Positions 8,322 to 18,628 of a DNA stretch of 54,481 nt are shown here, in pieces (position 1 is the stretch's first letter; every line of letters starts with the position of its first letter). Location of the stretch: contig JARKPE010000078.1 of NCBI GenBank assembly GCA_029975415.1, forward strand, positions 1 through 54,481, written 5' to 3'. This DNA is from Dysgonamonadaceae bacterium. GTDB taxonomy: Bacteria; Bacteroidota; Bacteroidia; Bacteroidales; Dysgonomonadaceae. The translations under genes were made by a program, and so were the position numbers. The notes below the pieces were generated by a model. The model had not been told where the DNA came from. It ran no database searches and was given only the letters and a program-made list of their open reading frames with translations.

Positions 8322-9425
8322 ATGGCTCTTCAATGCGGTATAGTAGGACTTCCTAACGTTGGAAAGTCCACTCTTTTCAATTGTTTGTCGAATGCAAAAG
8401 CTCAAGCAGCCAATTTTCCTTTTTGTACGATAGAACCTAATGTGGGCGTAATAACTGTTCCTGACGAACGATTGAATAAATTGGCCGAATTGGTACATCC
8501 ACAACGCATTGTTCCAACAACCGTCGAAATTGTAGATATAGCTGGTTTAGTGAAAGGTGCAAGCAAAGGAGAAGGATTGGGAAACAAATTTTTAGCCAAT
8601 ATTCGCGAAACAGATGCTATTTTGCATGTTCTTCGTTGTTTCGACGATGATAACGTTACACACGTCGATGGACGAGTTGATCCGGTTCGCGACAAGGAGA
8701 TCATAGATGCGGAATTGCAGTTAAAAGATTTGGAAACGATCGATGCTCGCATCAATAAAGTGGAAAAGCAGGCAAAAACCGGGGGAGACAAGGATGCAAA
8801 AATTGCATTCGAAGTATATTCCAAAATACGCGAAGCTTTATTACGCGGTCAATCGGCACGCACCGTCACTTTCGATACCAAAGACGAACAGAAAATTGCT
8901 CACGATCTTTTTTTGCTGACCGATAAGCCGGTTTTGTATGTTTGCAATGTGGACGAAAAAAGTGTTGTCACGGGGAATAAATATGTCGATGCTGTTCGTG
9001 AAGCAGTTAAAGACGAAAATGCAGAAATTCTTGTAGTTGCCGCAAAAATTGAATCGGAAATTGCCGAATTTGATTCTTATGAAGAACGTCAACTGTTTTT
9101 AAACGAAATAGGATTGGAAGAATCAGGTATGAATCGTTTGATAAAATCGGCTTATAAATTGCTTAATCTGCAAACATTTTTTACTGCTGGACCTCAAGAA
9201 GTCCGCGCCTGGACGTTTCATAAGGGATGGAAAGCTCCACAATGTGCGGGAGTTATTCATAGCGATTTTGAAAAGGGATTTATTCGTGCTGAAGTCATTA
9301 AATATGAAGATTATATAACTTATGGTTCAGAAGCAGCCGTAAAAGAGGCAGGCAAAATGTATGTCGAAGGAAAAGATTACGTAGTTCAAGATGGTGATAT
9401 CATGCACTTTCGGTTTAATGTATGA
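8322..9425 (+). CDS. ychF: Redox-regulated ATPase YchF
   Basis: GIVGLPNVGKSTLFN, NFPFCTIEPN, DIAGLVKGASKGEGLGN and C-terminal TGS domain ending FRFNV. Confidence 0.97.
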   Translation: MALQCGIVGLPNVGKSTLFNCLSNAKAQAANFPFCTIEPNVGVITVPDERLNKLAELVHPQRIVPTTVEIVDIAGLVKGASKGEGLGNKFLANIRETDAILHVLRCFDDDNVTHVDGRVDPVRDKEIIDAELQLKDLETIDARINKVEKQAKTGGDKDAKIAFEVYSKIREALLRGQSARTVTFDTKDEQKIAHDLFLLTDKPVLYVCNVDEKSVVTGNKYVDAVREAVKDENAEILVVAAKIESEIAEFDSYEERQLFLNEIGLEESGMNRLIKSAYKLLNLQTFFTAGPQEVRAWTFHKGWKAPQCAGVIHSDFEKGFIRAEVIKYEDYITYGSEAAVKEAGKMYVEGKDYVVQDGDIMHFRFNV

Positions 9426-9440
9426 AATTTGCTTGAAAAT

Positions 9441-10514
9441 TTATCCGAAAATTGCTTCATTAAATTCCCTGTAATAATTGATTGTTTCTTTGGTAAGAAT
9501 ATCGAGCGGGACGTAATTTTCGACTTGTACGGGATTTCTGAAAACCAAATATTCGATCAGGGTTTTCATTGCCAAGAAACCTTGTTGTTCAGGTTCTTGA
9601 CCGATCAAAAAATAAATTTTATCCTTTTTCAGAGCTTCAATATTGGGTTGAGTCAAGTCCACGCAAACGAGTTTTATATTATCGATATGATTGTCGTACA
9701 TATAGTTGGCAATGATATTTCCTCGAGAATTTAAAACAACAATTCCTCCCACATCTTTGTTTTCTTTGAAAAATTGTGATAGAAAAAAGTTATTTTTTTC
9801 AGGTTCGAGTAGCGAAAATGGAATAGAAAGTATTTTGTTATCCAAGTTTTTTTCGGAAAGGTAATCCATAAATCCTTTTTTTCGTAATACAGTCGTATTT
9901 GCACTCTCGTTACCGATTCTTACGGCTTGCAATATTCCTATATCACTCGATTTTGGTATGATGGAGGTAATAAGTTTACTCATTAAATATCCACATGTGT
10001 AGTGATCGGACGAAAAAAAAGTCAGTGGAAACGATTCCTTTATGGTTGAATCGACAAAAATATAGGGTATAGACCTTTTATCAAGTTCGTTTGTCAATTT
10101 TACTGTTTCGGCGGGGAATGTAGGACCGATGATCATTGCATCGGCTTCCATTTTTATTATTTGATCAAAAGTACTACGACAGGAAAAAATATCGTATTGG
10201 TTATATGTAATAATTTGATAATCGACGCGAATATTCTGATATTCTTCCAGGGCACGTAAAATGCCGTTCTGGATACTTTCCCAGTATTCACCCCGAAATA
10301 TATGAGGCATGGTAATAATGATGCGGTATTTTCGTTTTAAAGACATACCACTGATGTGAATATTGGGTTTGTAGTCCACTTCACTCAGTACCTTTTCTAC
10401 GGCTTCTCTTGCTTTTTTCGAAACTTTTCCCCGATTATGAAGAATGCGATCTACGGTTCCAGTTGAAACACCGGCTCTTTCGGCTATGTCTTTGATGCGG
10501 ATTTTATTTTGCAT
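9441..10514 (-). CDS. LacI family transcriptional regulator
   Basis: N-terminal HTH RIKDIAERAGVSTGTVDRILHNRG plus a periplasmic-binding-protein-like effector domain. Confidence 0.9.
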   Translation of the reverse strand: MQNKIRIKDIAERAGVSTGTVDRILHNRGKVSKKAREAVEKVLSEVDYKPNIHISGMSLKRKYRIIITMPHIFRGEYWESIQNGILRALEEYQNIRVDYQIITYNQYDIFSCRSTFDQIIKMEADAMIIGPTFPAETVKLTNELDKRSIPYIFVDSTIKESFPLTFFSSDHYTCGYLMSKLITSIIPKSSDIGILQAVRIGNESANTTVLRKKGFMDYLSEKNLDNKILSIPFSLLEPEKNNFFLSQFFKENKDVGGIVVLNSRGNIIANYMYDNHIDNIKLVCVDLTQPNIEALKKDKIYFLIGQEPEQQGFLAMKTLIEYLVFRNPVQVENYVPLDILTKETINYYREFNEAIFG

Positions 10515-10600
10515 GATAGCTTTTTTGAAATAGGTTTAATAACCATCTATAATTATTGAGATAATAAGTCTTTATCTTAATCGGAAAACTTTACTACAAA

Positions 10601-11428
10601 TTATTCTACAATGAAGGCACGTATAATTTTTGCATCTTTTTTGGGACGATCTCTTTCGTCGGTTTCGAGATTGGCAATTTTATCAATAACATCCAATCCT
10701 TCAATAACTTCACCAAAAACAGTATATTCTCCGTCGAGTGTATGTATTCCACCTAAAGACGAATAAGCCTCGCGTTTTTCTTCTGCAATTTTTAATTTGC
10801 CGGGAGCATGGGCATAAACAGAATCTACAACCTGTAGAACCGAATCGAGCAAAGCGTTGAAAGCTGAAGGATCGGTAGCTTTAAGTTTTGCCAATTCGTC
10901 TTTGTGGGGGTTATAATGTTGTTTGATAATATTGTTTTTGATGGGAACATTTACCGCCATTTCCAACGTATCGAGACGTCCTTGCGTATAAGTTTTGCCA
11001 TCAACAATATAAAATTGCGAGGCATCCGATTTTTTTTGGGGATTCTCTTCATTTCCTCTACGGGGAGCTGCCAGAGCTCCTTTTTTGTGAAAGTGACCAG
11101 AACGAAATTCCGGTAAAATTTCCATATCCGTTCGTCCACCCCCGATGGAAGCACCGGCAGGAGCATTTCTCGAATCTTGTGCCCCGCCTTGAATCATGAA
11201 GTCTTTGATGACGCGATGGAAAAGAGTTCCGTCAAAATATACTTGTTTTACAAGTTTAAGAAAGTGTTCGCTGTGATTTGGCGTATCATCGTACAGCATT
11301 ACTTTCATATCTCCAAAATTTATAGAAATCACTATATTAGGATATTTGGTTTGAGCATTAGTGAACTGAAGTGATGAACAAAGAAGGATGAATATCCCTA
11401 TCAAATTTTTTTTCATCTTGAGTTTCAT
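10601..11428 (-). CDS. Cyclophilin-type peptidyl-prolyl isomerase with signal peptide (alternative start 11416)
   Basis: FHRVIKDFMIQGG, SQFYIV and LDGEYTVFGEVIEG motifs. Confidence 0.9.
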   Translation of the reverse strand: MKLKMKKNLIGIFILLCSSLQFTNAQTKYPNIVISINFGDMKVMLYDDTPNHSEHFLKLVKQVYFDGTLFHRVIKDFMIQGGAQDSRNAPAGASIGGGRTDMEILPEFRSGHFHKKGALAAPRRGNEENPQKKSDASQFYIVDGKTYTQGRLDTLEMAVNVPIKNNIIKQHYNPHKDELAKLKATDPSAFNALLDSVLQVVDSVYAHAPGKLKIAEEKREAYSSLGGIHTLDGEYTVFGEVIEGLDVIDKIANLETDERDRPKKDAKIIRAFIVE

Positions 11429-11455
11429 TTGATTTGTGAAATTACAAATTTTCTC

Positions 11456-12565
11456 TTAATTAGGCGCTCTACGGTACAAATATATAGCTATTCCTGCGAA
11501 AATAAAATTGGGTATCCATGCCGCCAACATCGGGCTCATAACTCCCGAAACGGCAAACGACGAACTAATGGTCATAAACAGAATGTAGGTCATACTCAGC
11601 ACCAATCCAATACCGATATTAAGACCCATCCCTCCTTTAACTTTTCGAGCCGAAAGCGATGCCCCTATAATAGTCAGAATAAATGCCGAAAGAGCAGAAG
11701 CAATGCGGCTGTGATACTCGATCTGGAAAGGCTGTATATTGCCCAGTCCACGCTCTTTTTGACTTTGGATGTAGTTTCGGAGTTGCGGTGAAGTCATCAC
11801 CTGCTGATCACTTGAAGCAATGATAAAATCGTTGGGAACTATTTGCAATGTAGTGTCGATGCTGTTTCCTCGTGTAATGCTTTCTTTGAGACCATCGAAA
11901 TGACGAATTTGATAATTGCTTATAGTCCATTGGTAGGCAGAATCGTAGCGAATGGACTGAGCAGTCAGTCGAGAAACTAAGTTGAGGCTGTCGAACTTGT
12001 CGAGCGAAAAATTATACCCGGTATTGGTTTGCAGGTCAAAATTGCCGAAATAGGCAATTGTGCCTGGAGCTACTTTAAACTGAATATCATGATCCCCTGT
12101 TTTACGTTTGTTGGGATTGACATATTTTTGTTCGAACTCAATACGCGACTTGTTAGCCGGCGGTATAATATATGCGCCGAAAAAGAAAGCAGTAACGGCA
12201 ATAATCAATGCCGAAATCATATAAGGTTTCATGAGCCGTTTGAAACTGATTCCATTCGAAAGGATTGCAATAATTTCGGAGTCGTTTGCCATTTTGGAAG
12301 TAAAGAAAATAACGGCCAAAAAAACAAACAACGGACTGAATAAATTGGCGTAATAAGGAATAAAATTGAGATAATAATTGAAAATGATCTCATTGAGAGG
12401 CGCACCGTTTGTCATGAATTTATCTATCTTTTCGTTGATATCGAACACCACTGCAATAGATATGATGAGTAGAATCATGAACACGAAGGTTCCCAAAAAC
12501 TTTTTGATGATGTACCTATCAAGTTTAAGCAATTTCAAAGATTTTTTATCCAACGCCACTTTCAT
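11456..12565 (-). CDS. LptF/LptG family LPS export permease
   Basis: LDRYIIKKFL, multiple TM segments, SEIIAILSNGISF and AAWIPN. Overlaps the tgt stop. Confidence 0.9.
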   Translation of the reverse strand: MKVALDKKSLKLLKLDRYIIKKFLGTFVFMILLIISIAVVFDINEKIDKFMTNGAPLNEIIFNYYLNFIPYYANLFSPLFVFLAVIFFTSKMANDSEIIAILSNGISFKRLMKPYMISALIIAVTAFFFGAYIIPPANKSRIEFEQKYVNPNKRKTGDHDIQFKVAPGTIAYFGNFDLQTNTGYNFSLDKFDSLNLVSRLTAQSIRYDSAYQWTISNYQIRHFDGLKESITRGNSIDTTLQIVPNDFIIASSDQQVMTSPQLRNYIQSQKERGLGNIQPFQIEYHSRIASALSAFILTIIGASLSARKVKGGMGLNIGIGLVLSMTYILFMTISSSFAVSGVMSPMLAAWIPNFIFAGIAIYLYRRAPN

Positions 12566-13692
12566 AATCTACGGGTTACGTTTTCAATCATTTTTGATTT
12601 CCACAACGAAAAATCGTCGGCAATAATATGTTTTCTCGCTTCTTTTACAAGCCATAAATAGAATGCAAGATTGTGGATGGAAGCAATTTGCAGTCCGAGT
12701 ATTTCGTTCACATTGATCAGATGTCGCAGGTAAGCTTTGCTGTAGAGCGAATCGACGAAAGAAGCTCCATCTTCTTCGATCGGAGAAAAATCGTCTTTCC
12801 ACTTTTCGTTACGCATATTCATTATACCATTTTTCGTAAAAATTTGTCCGTTACGCCCGTTACGAGTGGGCATGATGCAGTCGAACATATCAACTCCCCG
12901 CTCAATAGCTTCCAAAATATTTGCCGGAGTACCTACTCCCATCAGGTATCGAGGTTTGTCTTTGGGTAAAATTTCATTTACCAATTCCACCATTTCATAC
13001 ATTTTTTCGGTAGGCTCACCCACAGCAAGTCCACCAATGGCATTTCCGTCAGCTTGTTTTGAAGCAACGTTTTCGGCAGCTCGTTTACGCAGATCGGGAT
13101 AAACGCAACCTTGAACGATGGGAAATAGAGTTTGTCGATGCCCGTAGGGACATTCAGTTTCGGCAAAACGTTTCAGGCAGCGATCGAGCCATAGTTCCGT
13201 AAGTTCGAGAGACGATTTAGCGTAGTTATAATCTGCATTTCCGGGTGTGCATTCGTCAAAAGCCATCATAATGTCTGCACCGATAATGCGTTGTATATCT
13301 ACCACTTTTTCGGGAGTAAAGAAATGCTTTGAACCATCAATATGCGATCGAAATTCAGCTCCTTCGGGATTTAGTTTTCTATTTTCGGAAAGCGAAAAAA
13401 CCTGGTAACCGCCGCTATCTGTAAGTATTGGCCTGTTCCAACTGTTGAATTTGTGCAATCCTCCTCCCTGTCGTAGAATTTCCAATCCGGGTCGCAGATA
13501 CAAATGATAAGTATTTCCCAGAATGATTTGAGCCCCTATATCGTTTTTCAACTCGCTAATATGAACGGCTTTTACGCTGCCAACAGTCCCAACGGGCATG
13601 AAAATTGGCGTTTCGATTAGGCCATGATCGGTTGTTATAATTCCTGCTCTGGCACTCGATTTCGCATCGGTGTGTATAAGTTGGAAGTCCAA
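12562..13692 (-). CDS. tgt: tRNA-guanine(34) transglycosylase
   Basis: TPIFMPVGT, ILGNTYHL, TDSGGYQVFSL, PRYLMGVG and DMFDCIMPTRNGR. Probable TTG start at 13692, because the longer ORF start lies within the TATCTTTG promoter at 13723-13730. Confidence 0.95.
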   Translation of the reverse strand: MDFQLIHTDAKSSARAGIITTDHGLIETPIFMPVGTVGSVKAVHISELKNDIGAQIILGNTYHLYLRPGLEILRQGGGLHKFNSWNRPILTDSGGYQVFSLSENRKLNPEGAEFRSHIDGSKHFFTPEKVVDIQRIIGADIMMAFDECTPGNADYNYAKSSLELTELWLDRCLKRFAETECPYGHRQTLFPIVQGCVYPDLRKRAAENVASKQADGNAIGGLAVGEPTEKMYEMVELVNEILPKDKPRYLMGVGTPANILEAIERGVDMFDCIMPTRNGRNGQIFTKNGIMNMRNEKWKDDFSPIEEDGASFVDSLYSKAYLRHLINVNEILGLQIASIHNLAFYLWLVKEARKHIIADDFSLWKSKMIENVTRRL

Positions 13693-13879
13693 ACTGAATT
13701 TTTGCTTTGAATTTTGTGGGTGCAAAGATACAGGTTTTGTTTCTACAATTCGAATTGTATTCGTTTAAAAATAGTTAGACAAGTTAACTACGATAATAAT
13801 TGATAAAATAGGCAGGTCAGCCCGAAAATATACTAAATTTGCAAAATCAAGAATGTTTAATCATTGAAAAAGTCAAATA

Positions 13880-14719
13880 ATGGAAAGAAAACCCGAATGG
13901 CTGAAGATTGCTCTACCAAAGGGTGAGCAATATTTTAAAACTGAAGAATTGGTCGAAACACGACATCTGCATACAATTTGTGTGAGTGGAAAATGTCCTA
14001 ATAAAGCTGAATGTTGGGGAAACGGAACAGCTACCTTTATGATTTTGGGGGAAATCTGCACGAGATCGTGTAAATTTTGTGCGACTATAACCGGAAGGCC
14101 ACATCCGGTAGATTGGAACGAACCTCAAAGATTAGCCGATACTATCTCAAATATGAAATTGAGACATTGTGTCATCACGAGTGTCGATAGAGATGATTTA
14201 CCTGACGGCGGTGCTGATTTTTGGGCAAAGACTATCCGGTGTGTAAAAGAAAAGAACCCGCATATCACGATCGAAACGCTTATTCCCGATTTCGATGCTA
14301 AAGCGGAATTGATTCAAAAGGTCATTGACGCCCGTCCCAATATAATTTCGCATAATCTCGAAACAGTCCGAAGGCTTACACCACTTGTACGCAGTCGAGC
14401 CAAATATGATACCAGTCTCAAAACAATAGAAACCATTTCGAAAAGTGGAACCGTCAGGTCCAAATCGGGAATAATGGTTGGTTTAGGTGAAACCGAAGAA
14501 GAAGTCTTACAAACTATGGATGATTTATTGGCAGTTGGCTGCAAAATAATGACCATAGGTCAATATTTGCAACCTACCCGAAAACATTATCCTGTGGCTG
14601 AATATGTAACACCTGAACAATTTGCCAAATATCGAGAAATAGGGTTAAAAAAAGGTTTCAGATTTGTCGAAAGCGGCCCACTCGTGCGTTCGTCTTATCA
14701 CGCCGAAAAACACGTTTAA
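13880..14719 (+). CDS. lipA: Lipoyl synthase
   Basis: RKPEWLK, CVSGKCPNKAEC, radical SAM CTRSCKFC and VRSSYHA. TAAATTTG at 13834-13841. Confidence 0.96.
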   Translation: MERKPEWLKIALPKGEQYFKTEELVETRHLHTICVSGKCPNKAECWGNGTATFMILGEICTRSCKFCATITGRPHPVDWNEPQRLADTISNMKLRHCVITSVDRDDLPDGGADFWAKTIRCVKEKNPHITIETLIPDFDAKAELIQKVIDARPNIISHNLETVRRLTPLVRSRAKYDTSLKTIETISKSGTVRSKSGIMVGLGETEEEVLQTMDDLLAVGCKIMTIGQYLQPTRKHYPVAEYVTPEQFAKYREIGLKKGFRFVESGPLVRSSYHAEKHV

Positions 14720-14757
14720 AAAAACTAAATCGGAAGTTTACTTTGAATTTCTTGCGT

Positions 14758-15441
14758 ATGAATCAAAAAGTAGCTTTTCAGGATTTAGGGCGAATTCGAT
14801 ACAAGCAGGCTTGGGACTACCAGGAAACACTGTTTGATTCGCTGATTAGATCGAAAGTGAATAAAAGCGGTGACGGAGAGCAATATCTTTTGTTTTGCGA
14901 GCACGAACCGGTTTACACACTTGGCAAACATGGAGATAAGCACAATCTGCTTATCACAGAACAAATTTGCAAAAACAAAAATATCGATTTTTATTCTATC
15001 GATAGGGGAGGGGACATTACTTTTCATGGGCCTGGCCAATTAGTGGCTTATCCTATCATCGATTTGGAATCCTTTGGAATAGGAATAAAAAAATACATTG
15101 ATTTGCTCGAAGATGTAGTGATTGATGTGCTAGACAGTTACCGAATTTCCGGAGAAAAAGACGAAAAAGCAATGGGTGTTTGGATTGACGCTTCGCATCC
15201 TTCAAAAGCTCGAAAAATTTGTGCAATCGGTGTTCGATCGAGTCGATTTGTAACAATGCATGGTTTGGCTTTAAATGTGAACACCGATCTTATGTATTTT
15301 TCATACATAAATCCTTGTGGTTTTATAGACAGAGGTGTCACATCTGTGCAAAAAGAGTTAGGTGAAGAAGTTGATTTTAAAGAAGTAAAAAGAAAAATGA
15401 AACAGTCCTTTGCCAAGATATTTGGAATGAATTTTAAGTAA
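14758..15441 (+). CDS. lipB: Lipoyl(octanoyl) transferase
   Basis: EHEPVYTLG, RGGDITFHGPGQ, KICAIG, HGLALNV and INPCG. Confidence 0.95.
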   Translation: MNQKVAFQDLGRIRYKQAWDYQETLFDSLIRSKVNKSGDGEQYLLFCEHEPVYTLGKHGDKHNLLITEQICKNKNIDFYSIDRGGDITFHGPGQLVAYPIIDLESFGIGIKKYIDLLEDVVIDVLDSYRISGEKDEKAMGVWIDASHPSKARKICAIGVRSSRFVTMHGLALNVNTDLMYFSYINPCGFIDRGVTSVQKELGEEVDFKEVKRKMKQSFAKIFGMNFK

Positions 15442-15453
15442 GGTCTCCTCTGT

Positions 15454-15494
15454 CATGCACACCGGAATTTAAATATATTTCGGTGTGCATGTTT
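15454..15494 (+). terminator. Hairpin/terminator after lipB
   Basis: CATGCACACCGGAAT ... ATTTCGGTGTGCATG followed by TTT. Confidence 0.65.
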
Positions 15495-15614
15495 AATATA
15501 CATAACAACACTATAACCTTAAAGATTTTTAACCCCAAATCTGCCCGAAAGCGCTTTAACATTTCTATTTTTGTAAATCATATCTCCATGCTGAAATTTA
15601 ACAATCAAACAAAT

Positions 15615-16610
15615 ATGAGTCAAGTAGTTGATATCAAAGAATTAAATGAAAAAATTGAACAGAAAAGTGCTTTCGTTCAGACCATAACTACGGGAATGGA
15701 TCATGTAATTGTCGGCCAAAAACATCTGGTAGAGTCGCTTTTAATCGGACTCTTATCCGATGGACATATTTTGCTGGAAGGAGTTCCCGGTTTGGCCAAA
15801 ACGCTTGCAATAAAAACGTTGGCTCAACTGATCGATGCCAAATACAACCGCATTCAGTTCACCCCCGACTTATTGCCGGCTGACGTTGTCGGTACAATGA
15901 TTTACAGTCAGCGCAACGAAGAGTTTCAAGTGAAACACGGGCCTGTATTTGCAAACTTTGTATTGGCCGATGAAATCAATCGTGCGCCGGCCAAAGTTCA
16001 GAGCGCATTGCTCGAAGCCATGCAGGAACGACAGGTTACCATCGGAGAATCTACTTATCGCTTGCCGAATCCTTTTTTGGTTATGGCTACGCAAAATCCG
16101 ATAGAGCAGGAGGGAACCTATCCGCTTCCGGAAGCACAGGTGGACCGTTTTATGTTGAAAGTTGTTATTGGATATCCTTCGAAAGAAGAAGAAAAGCGCA
16201 TTATCCGTCAAAATATTTTCGAACCCGTAGGGATTGACAAACCGGTGATAACAACAGATGAAATTCTCGAGGCTCGAAAAGTGGTTCGCGAAGTGTATAT
16301 TGACGAAAAAATTGAACGTTATATTGTCGATATTGTTTTTGCAACTCGTTTCCCCGAGCAGTTTGGTTTGCCCAATCTCAAAGATATGATCGGTTTTGGT
16401 GGTTCACCACGTGCTTCTATCAATTTGGCCCTGGCTGCTCGAAGTTTCGCTTTTATCAAGCGCCGCGGCTATGTTATACCCGAAGACATTCGCGCGGTCT
16501 GTCACGATGTACTTCGTCACCGCATTGGTCTTACCTACGAAGCTGAAGCCAATAATATGACATCCGAAGAAATCATTAGTGAAATTCTCAATAAGGTGGA
16601 AGTACCTTAA
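15615..16610 (+). CDS. moxR: MoxR family AAA+ ATPase
   Basis: LLEGVPGLAKT, RIQFTPDLLPAD, LADEINRAPAKVQSALLEAMQE and TQNPIEQEGTYPLPEAQ. Start MSQVV preferred; TATTTTTG at 15566-15573. Confidence 0.93.
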   Translation: MSQVVDIKELNEKIEQKSAFVQTITTGMDHVIVGQKHLVESLLIGLLSDGHILLEGVPGLAKTLAIKTLAQLIDAKYNRIQFTPDLLPADVVGTMIYSQRNEEFQVKHGPVFANFVLADEINRAPAKVQSALLEAMQERQVTIGESTYRLPNPFLVMATQNPIEQEGTYPLPEAQVDRFMLKVVIGYPSKEEEKRIIRQNIFEPVGIDKPVITTDEILEARKVVREVYIDEKIERYIVDIVFATRFPEQFGLPNLKDMIGFGGSPRASINLALAARSFAFIKRRGYVIPEDIRAVCHDVLRHRIGLTYEAEANNMTSEEIISEILNKVEVP

Positions 16611-16655
16611 AGAAGACAAGAATGGTTTTTTTGCAAAGTCAATTGAAGCAGAATA

Positions 16656-17525
16656 ATGGAAACTACGGAGTTATTAAAGAAAGTTCGACATATAGAAATT
16701 AAAGCACGCGGATTGTCACAAAACATTTTCGCCGGACAATATCATTCTGCCTTCAAGGGTCGTGGTATGGCGTTTTCCGAAGTTCGAGAATATCAATATG
16801 GCGACGACCTGCGCGACATAGACTGGAACGTTACTGCCCGCTACAATCGACCTTACGTAAAGATTTTCGAAGAAGAGCGCGAGCTGACTGTGATGCTGTT
16901 GATCGATGTATCTAACAGTTTGACGTTTGGGACATCTACCATGACCAAGCGCGACATGATAGCCGAAATTGCAGCCACGCTTGCTTTTTCAGCAATTCAG
17001 AACAACGATAAAATCGGTGTAATATTCTTTTCCGACGAAGTCGAGAAATTTATTCCGCCCAAAAAAGGAAGAAAACACATTCTTTTCATCATTCGTGAAA
17101 TTTTGAGTTTTGAGCCCAAAAGCATGGGTACCGATATCGACATGGCTTTGCGATACATGACAAATGCCATCAAAAAACGATGTACGTCCTTTCTGCTCTC
17201 AGATTTTATCGATCAAAACGATTACAAACAAGCTTTACGTATAGCCAATCGCAAACATGATATTGTTGCCATTCAGGTTTACGACAAAATGAGTACACGA
17301 CTTCTTCCCGTCGGATTGATGAAAGTGCACGATCCTGAAACGGAGGAAGATGTATGGATAGATACTTCCTCGAAACCGGTACGCGATCGTTACCGCCAAT
17401 GGTGGCTAAAAAGACAGACGGAAATGGAAAATGCTTTTCGACAAAGCAAAGTGGACAGTGTTTCTGTTTCCACCGACGATGATTTTGTAAAATCGTTACT
17501 ACAACTTTTTCAACAACGAAAATAA
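16656..17525 (+). CDS. DUF58 domain (vWA-like) protein of the MoxR/Bat operon
   Basis: FKGRGMAFSEVREYQYGDD, IDWNVTAR and EEERELTVMLLIDVS. Confidence 0.92.
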   Translation: METTELLKKVRHIEIKARGLSQNIFAGQYHSAFKGRGMAFSEVREYQYGDDLRDIDWNVTARYNRPYVKIFEEERELTVMLLIDVSNSLTFGTSTMTKRDMIAEIAATLAFSAIQNNDKIGVIFFSDEVEKFIPPKKGRKHILFIIREILSFEPKSMGTDIDMALRYMTNAIKKRCTSFLLSDFIDQNDYKQALRIANRKHDIVAIQVYDKMSTRLLPVGLMKVHDPETEEDVWIDTSSKPVRDRYRQWWLKRQTEMENAFRQSKVDSVSVSTDDDFVKSLLQLFQQRK

Positions 17526-17537
17526 TGAAGTTTACAC

Positions 17538-18587
17538 GTGAAAAAGTCATTGCATAAAATATTTTTTTGGATAGGATCAGCTGCATTATTTATTGCACCT
17601 ACGATCCTTTCGGCACAAAGGGCTTCGGTTAGAGCTACGATTCAGCCCTCCGAAATCATGATCGGTGAACAGGCGCTCATCAACCTGCAGGTCATTACTC
17701 CGAAAGACAAAACCATCCAATTTCCCGTGTACGAAAAAGAAATCGTTCCGGGAGTTGAAGTGCTTGCGATGCTCAAACCCGATACCACAATCGAAAACAA
17801 TGTAATGACACTTAATTTCAAATACGTTGTTACTTCCTTTGATTCGACACTTTACAATATTCCTCGAATGCCTGTTTTCGATGGCACGGATACTATTTTT
17901 TCCAACTCATTTGGATTGAAGGTAACTTCGCCCGTGCTTAAAGATTCCACAAAGACTTATTTGGAAAAACTCAAAAACAAAGAAACAGATTCGATCGACT
18001 TCTATCAATTGCAACTGAATGATATCAAGCCGATACAAAAACCCCCTTTTGTTTGGACGGATTATCTGTGGATTCTTTGGGTGATTTTGGGTGTAGGCCT
18101 GTTAGCCGCACTTGTGCTTGCAGTGATATATTTAGTATTGAAAAAGAAAAACAAAGGATATTTCTTTACTCCACCCGAAGTACTTCCCGCGCATGTGCGG
18201 GCCATACAATCGCTGGACAAATTGAAGGCAGAGAAAATTGGACTGCAGGAAGGGCGCGAAAAGGAATTTTATACAAAAATTGTGGACATTTTGCGAATAT
18301 ATCTTGCCGAAAGGTATGGTATAAAAGCGCCGGAAATGACTTCAGGCGAAATTTTGAACGAAATTCGAAAGTTGAGTGACGCCGATTCGGTTTATGAGAA
18401 TTTGAAACAAATACTTTCAGTAGCCGATCTGGTGAAATTTGCTAAATACAAACCATATCCGGACGAAAACGATTTGAGTTTGATGAACGCTTATCTTTTT
18501 GTCAATCAAACACGCGAACCCGATCCTATTCCGGATAAATCGGATCTGAAAAAGGATAGGGGAGAGGATGATTCTGATAATGGATAA
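17538..18587 (+). CDS. Conserved Bat-operon membrane protein (BatD-like N-terminus, single TM)
   Basis: GTG start, signal peptide, internal TM helix, APEMTSGE and ADLVKFAK. Lies between DUF58 and batA. Confidence 0.8.
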   Translation: MKKSLHKIFFWIGSAALFIAPTILSAQRASVRATIQPSEIMIGEQALINLQVITPKDKTIQFPVYEKEIVPGVEVLAMLKPDTTIENNVMTLNFKYVVTSFDSTLYNIPRMPVFDGTDTIFSNSFGLKVTSPVLKDSTKTYLEKLKNKETDSIDFYQLQLNDIKPIQKPPFVWTDYLWILWVILGVGLLAALVLAVIYLVLKKKNKGYFFTPPEVLPAHVRAIQSLDKLKAEKIGLQEGREKEFYTKIVDILRIYLAERYGIKAPEMTSGEILNEIRKLSDADSVYENLKQILSVADLVKFAKYKPYPDENDLSLMNAYLFVNQTREPDPIPDKSDLKKDRGEDDSDNG

Positions 18588-18628
18588 TATAATAAATTTG
18601 ATGTTGAAGCTTTTATTCGAAAAAATAT

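Noticed and set aside
15483-15614. N-terminal extension of moxR in the ORF track
   Set aside because: It starts within the lipB terminator and spans the promoter element; the MSQVV start at 15615 fits better.
17530-17545. parS-like GTTTACACGTGAAAAA near the putative origin
   Set aside because: At least three mismatches to TGTTNCACGTGAAACA, and it overlaps a GTG start codon; too weak to call.
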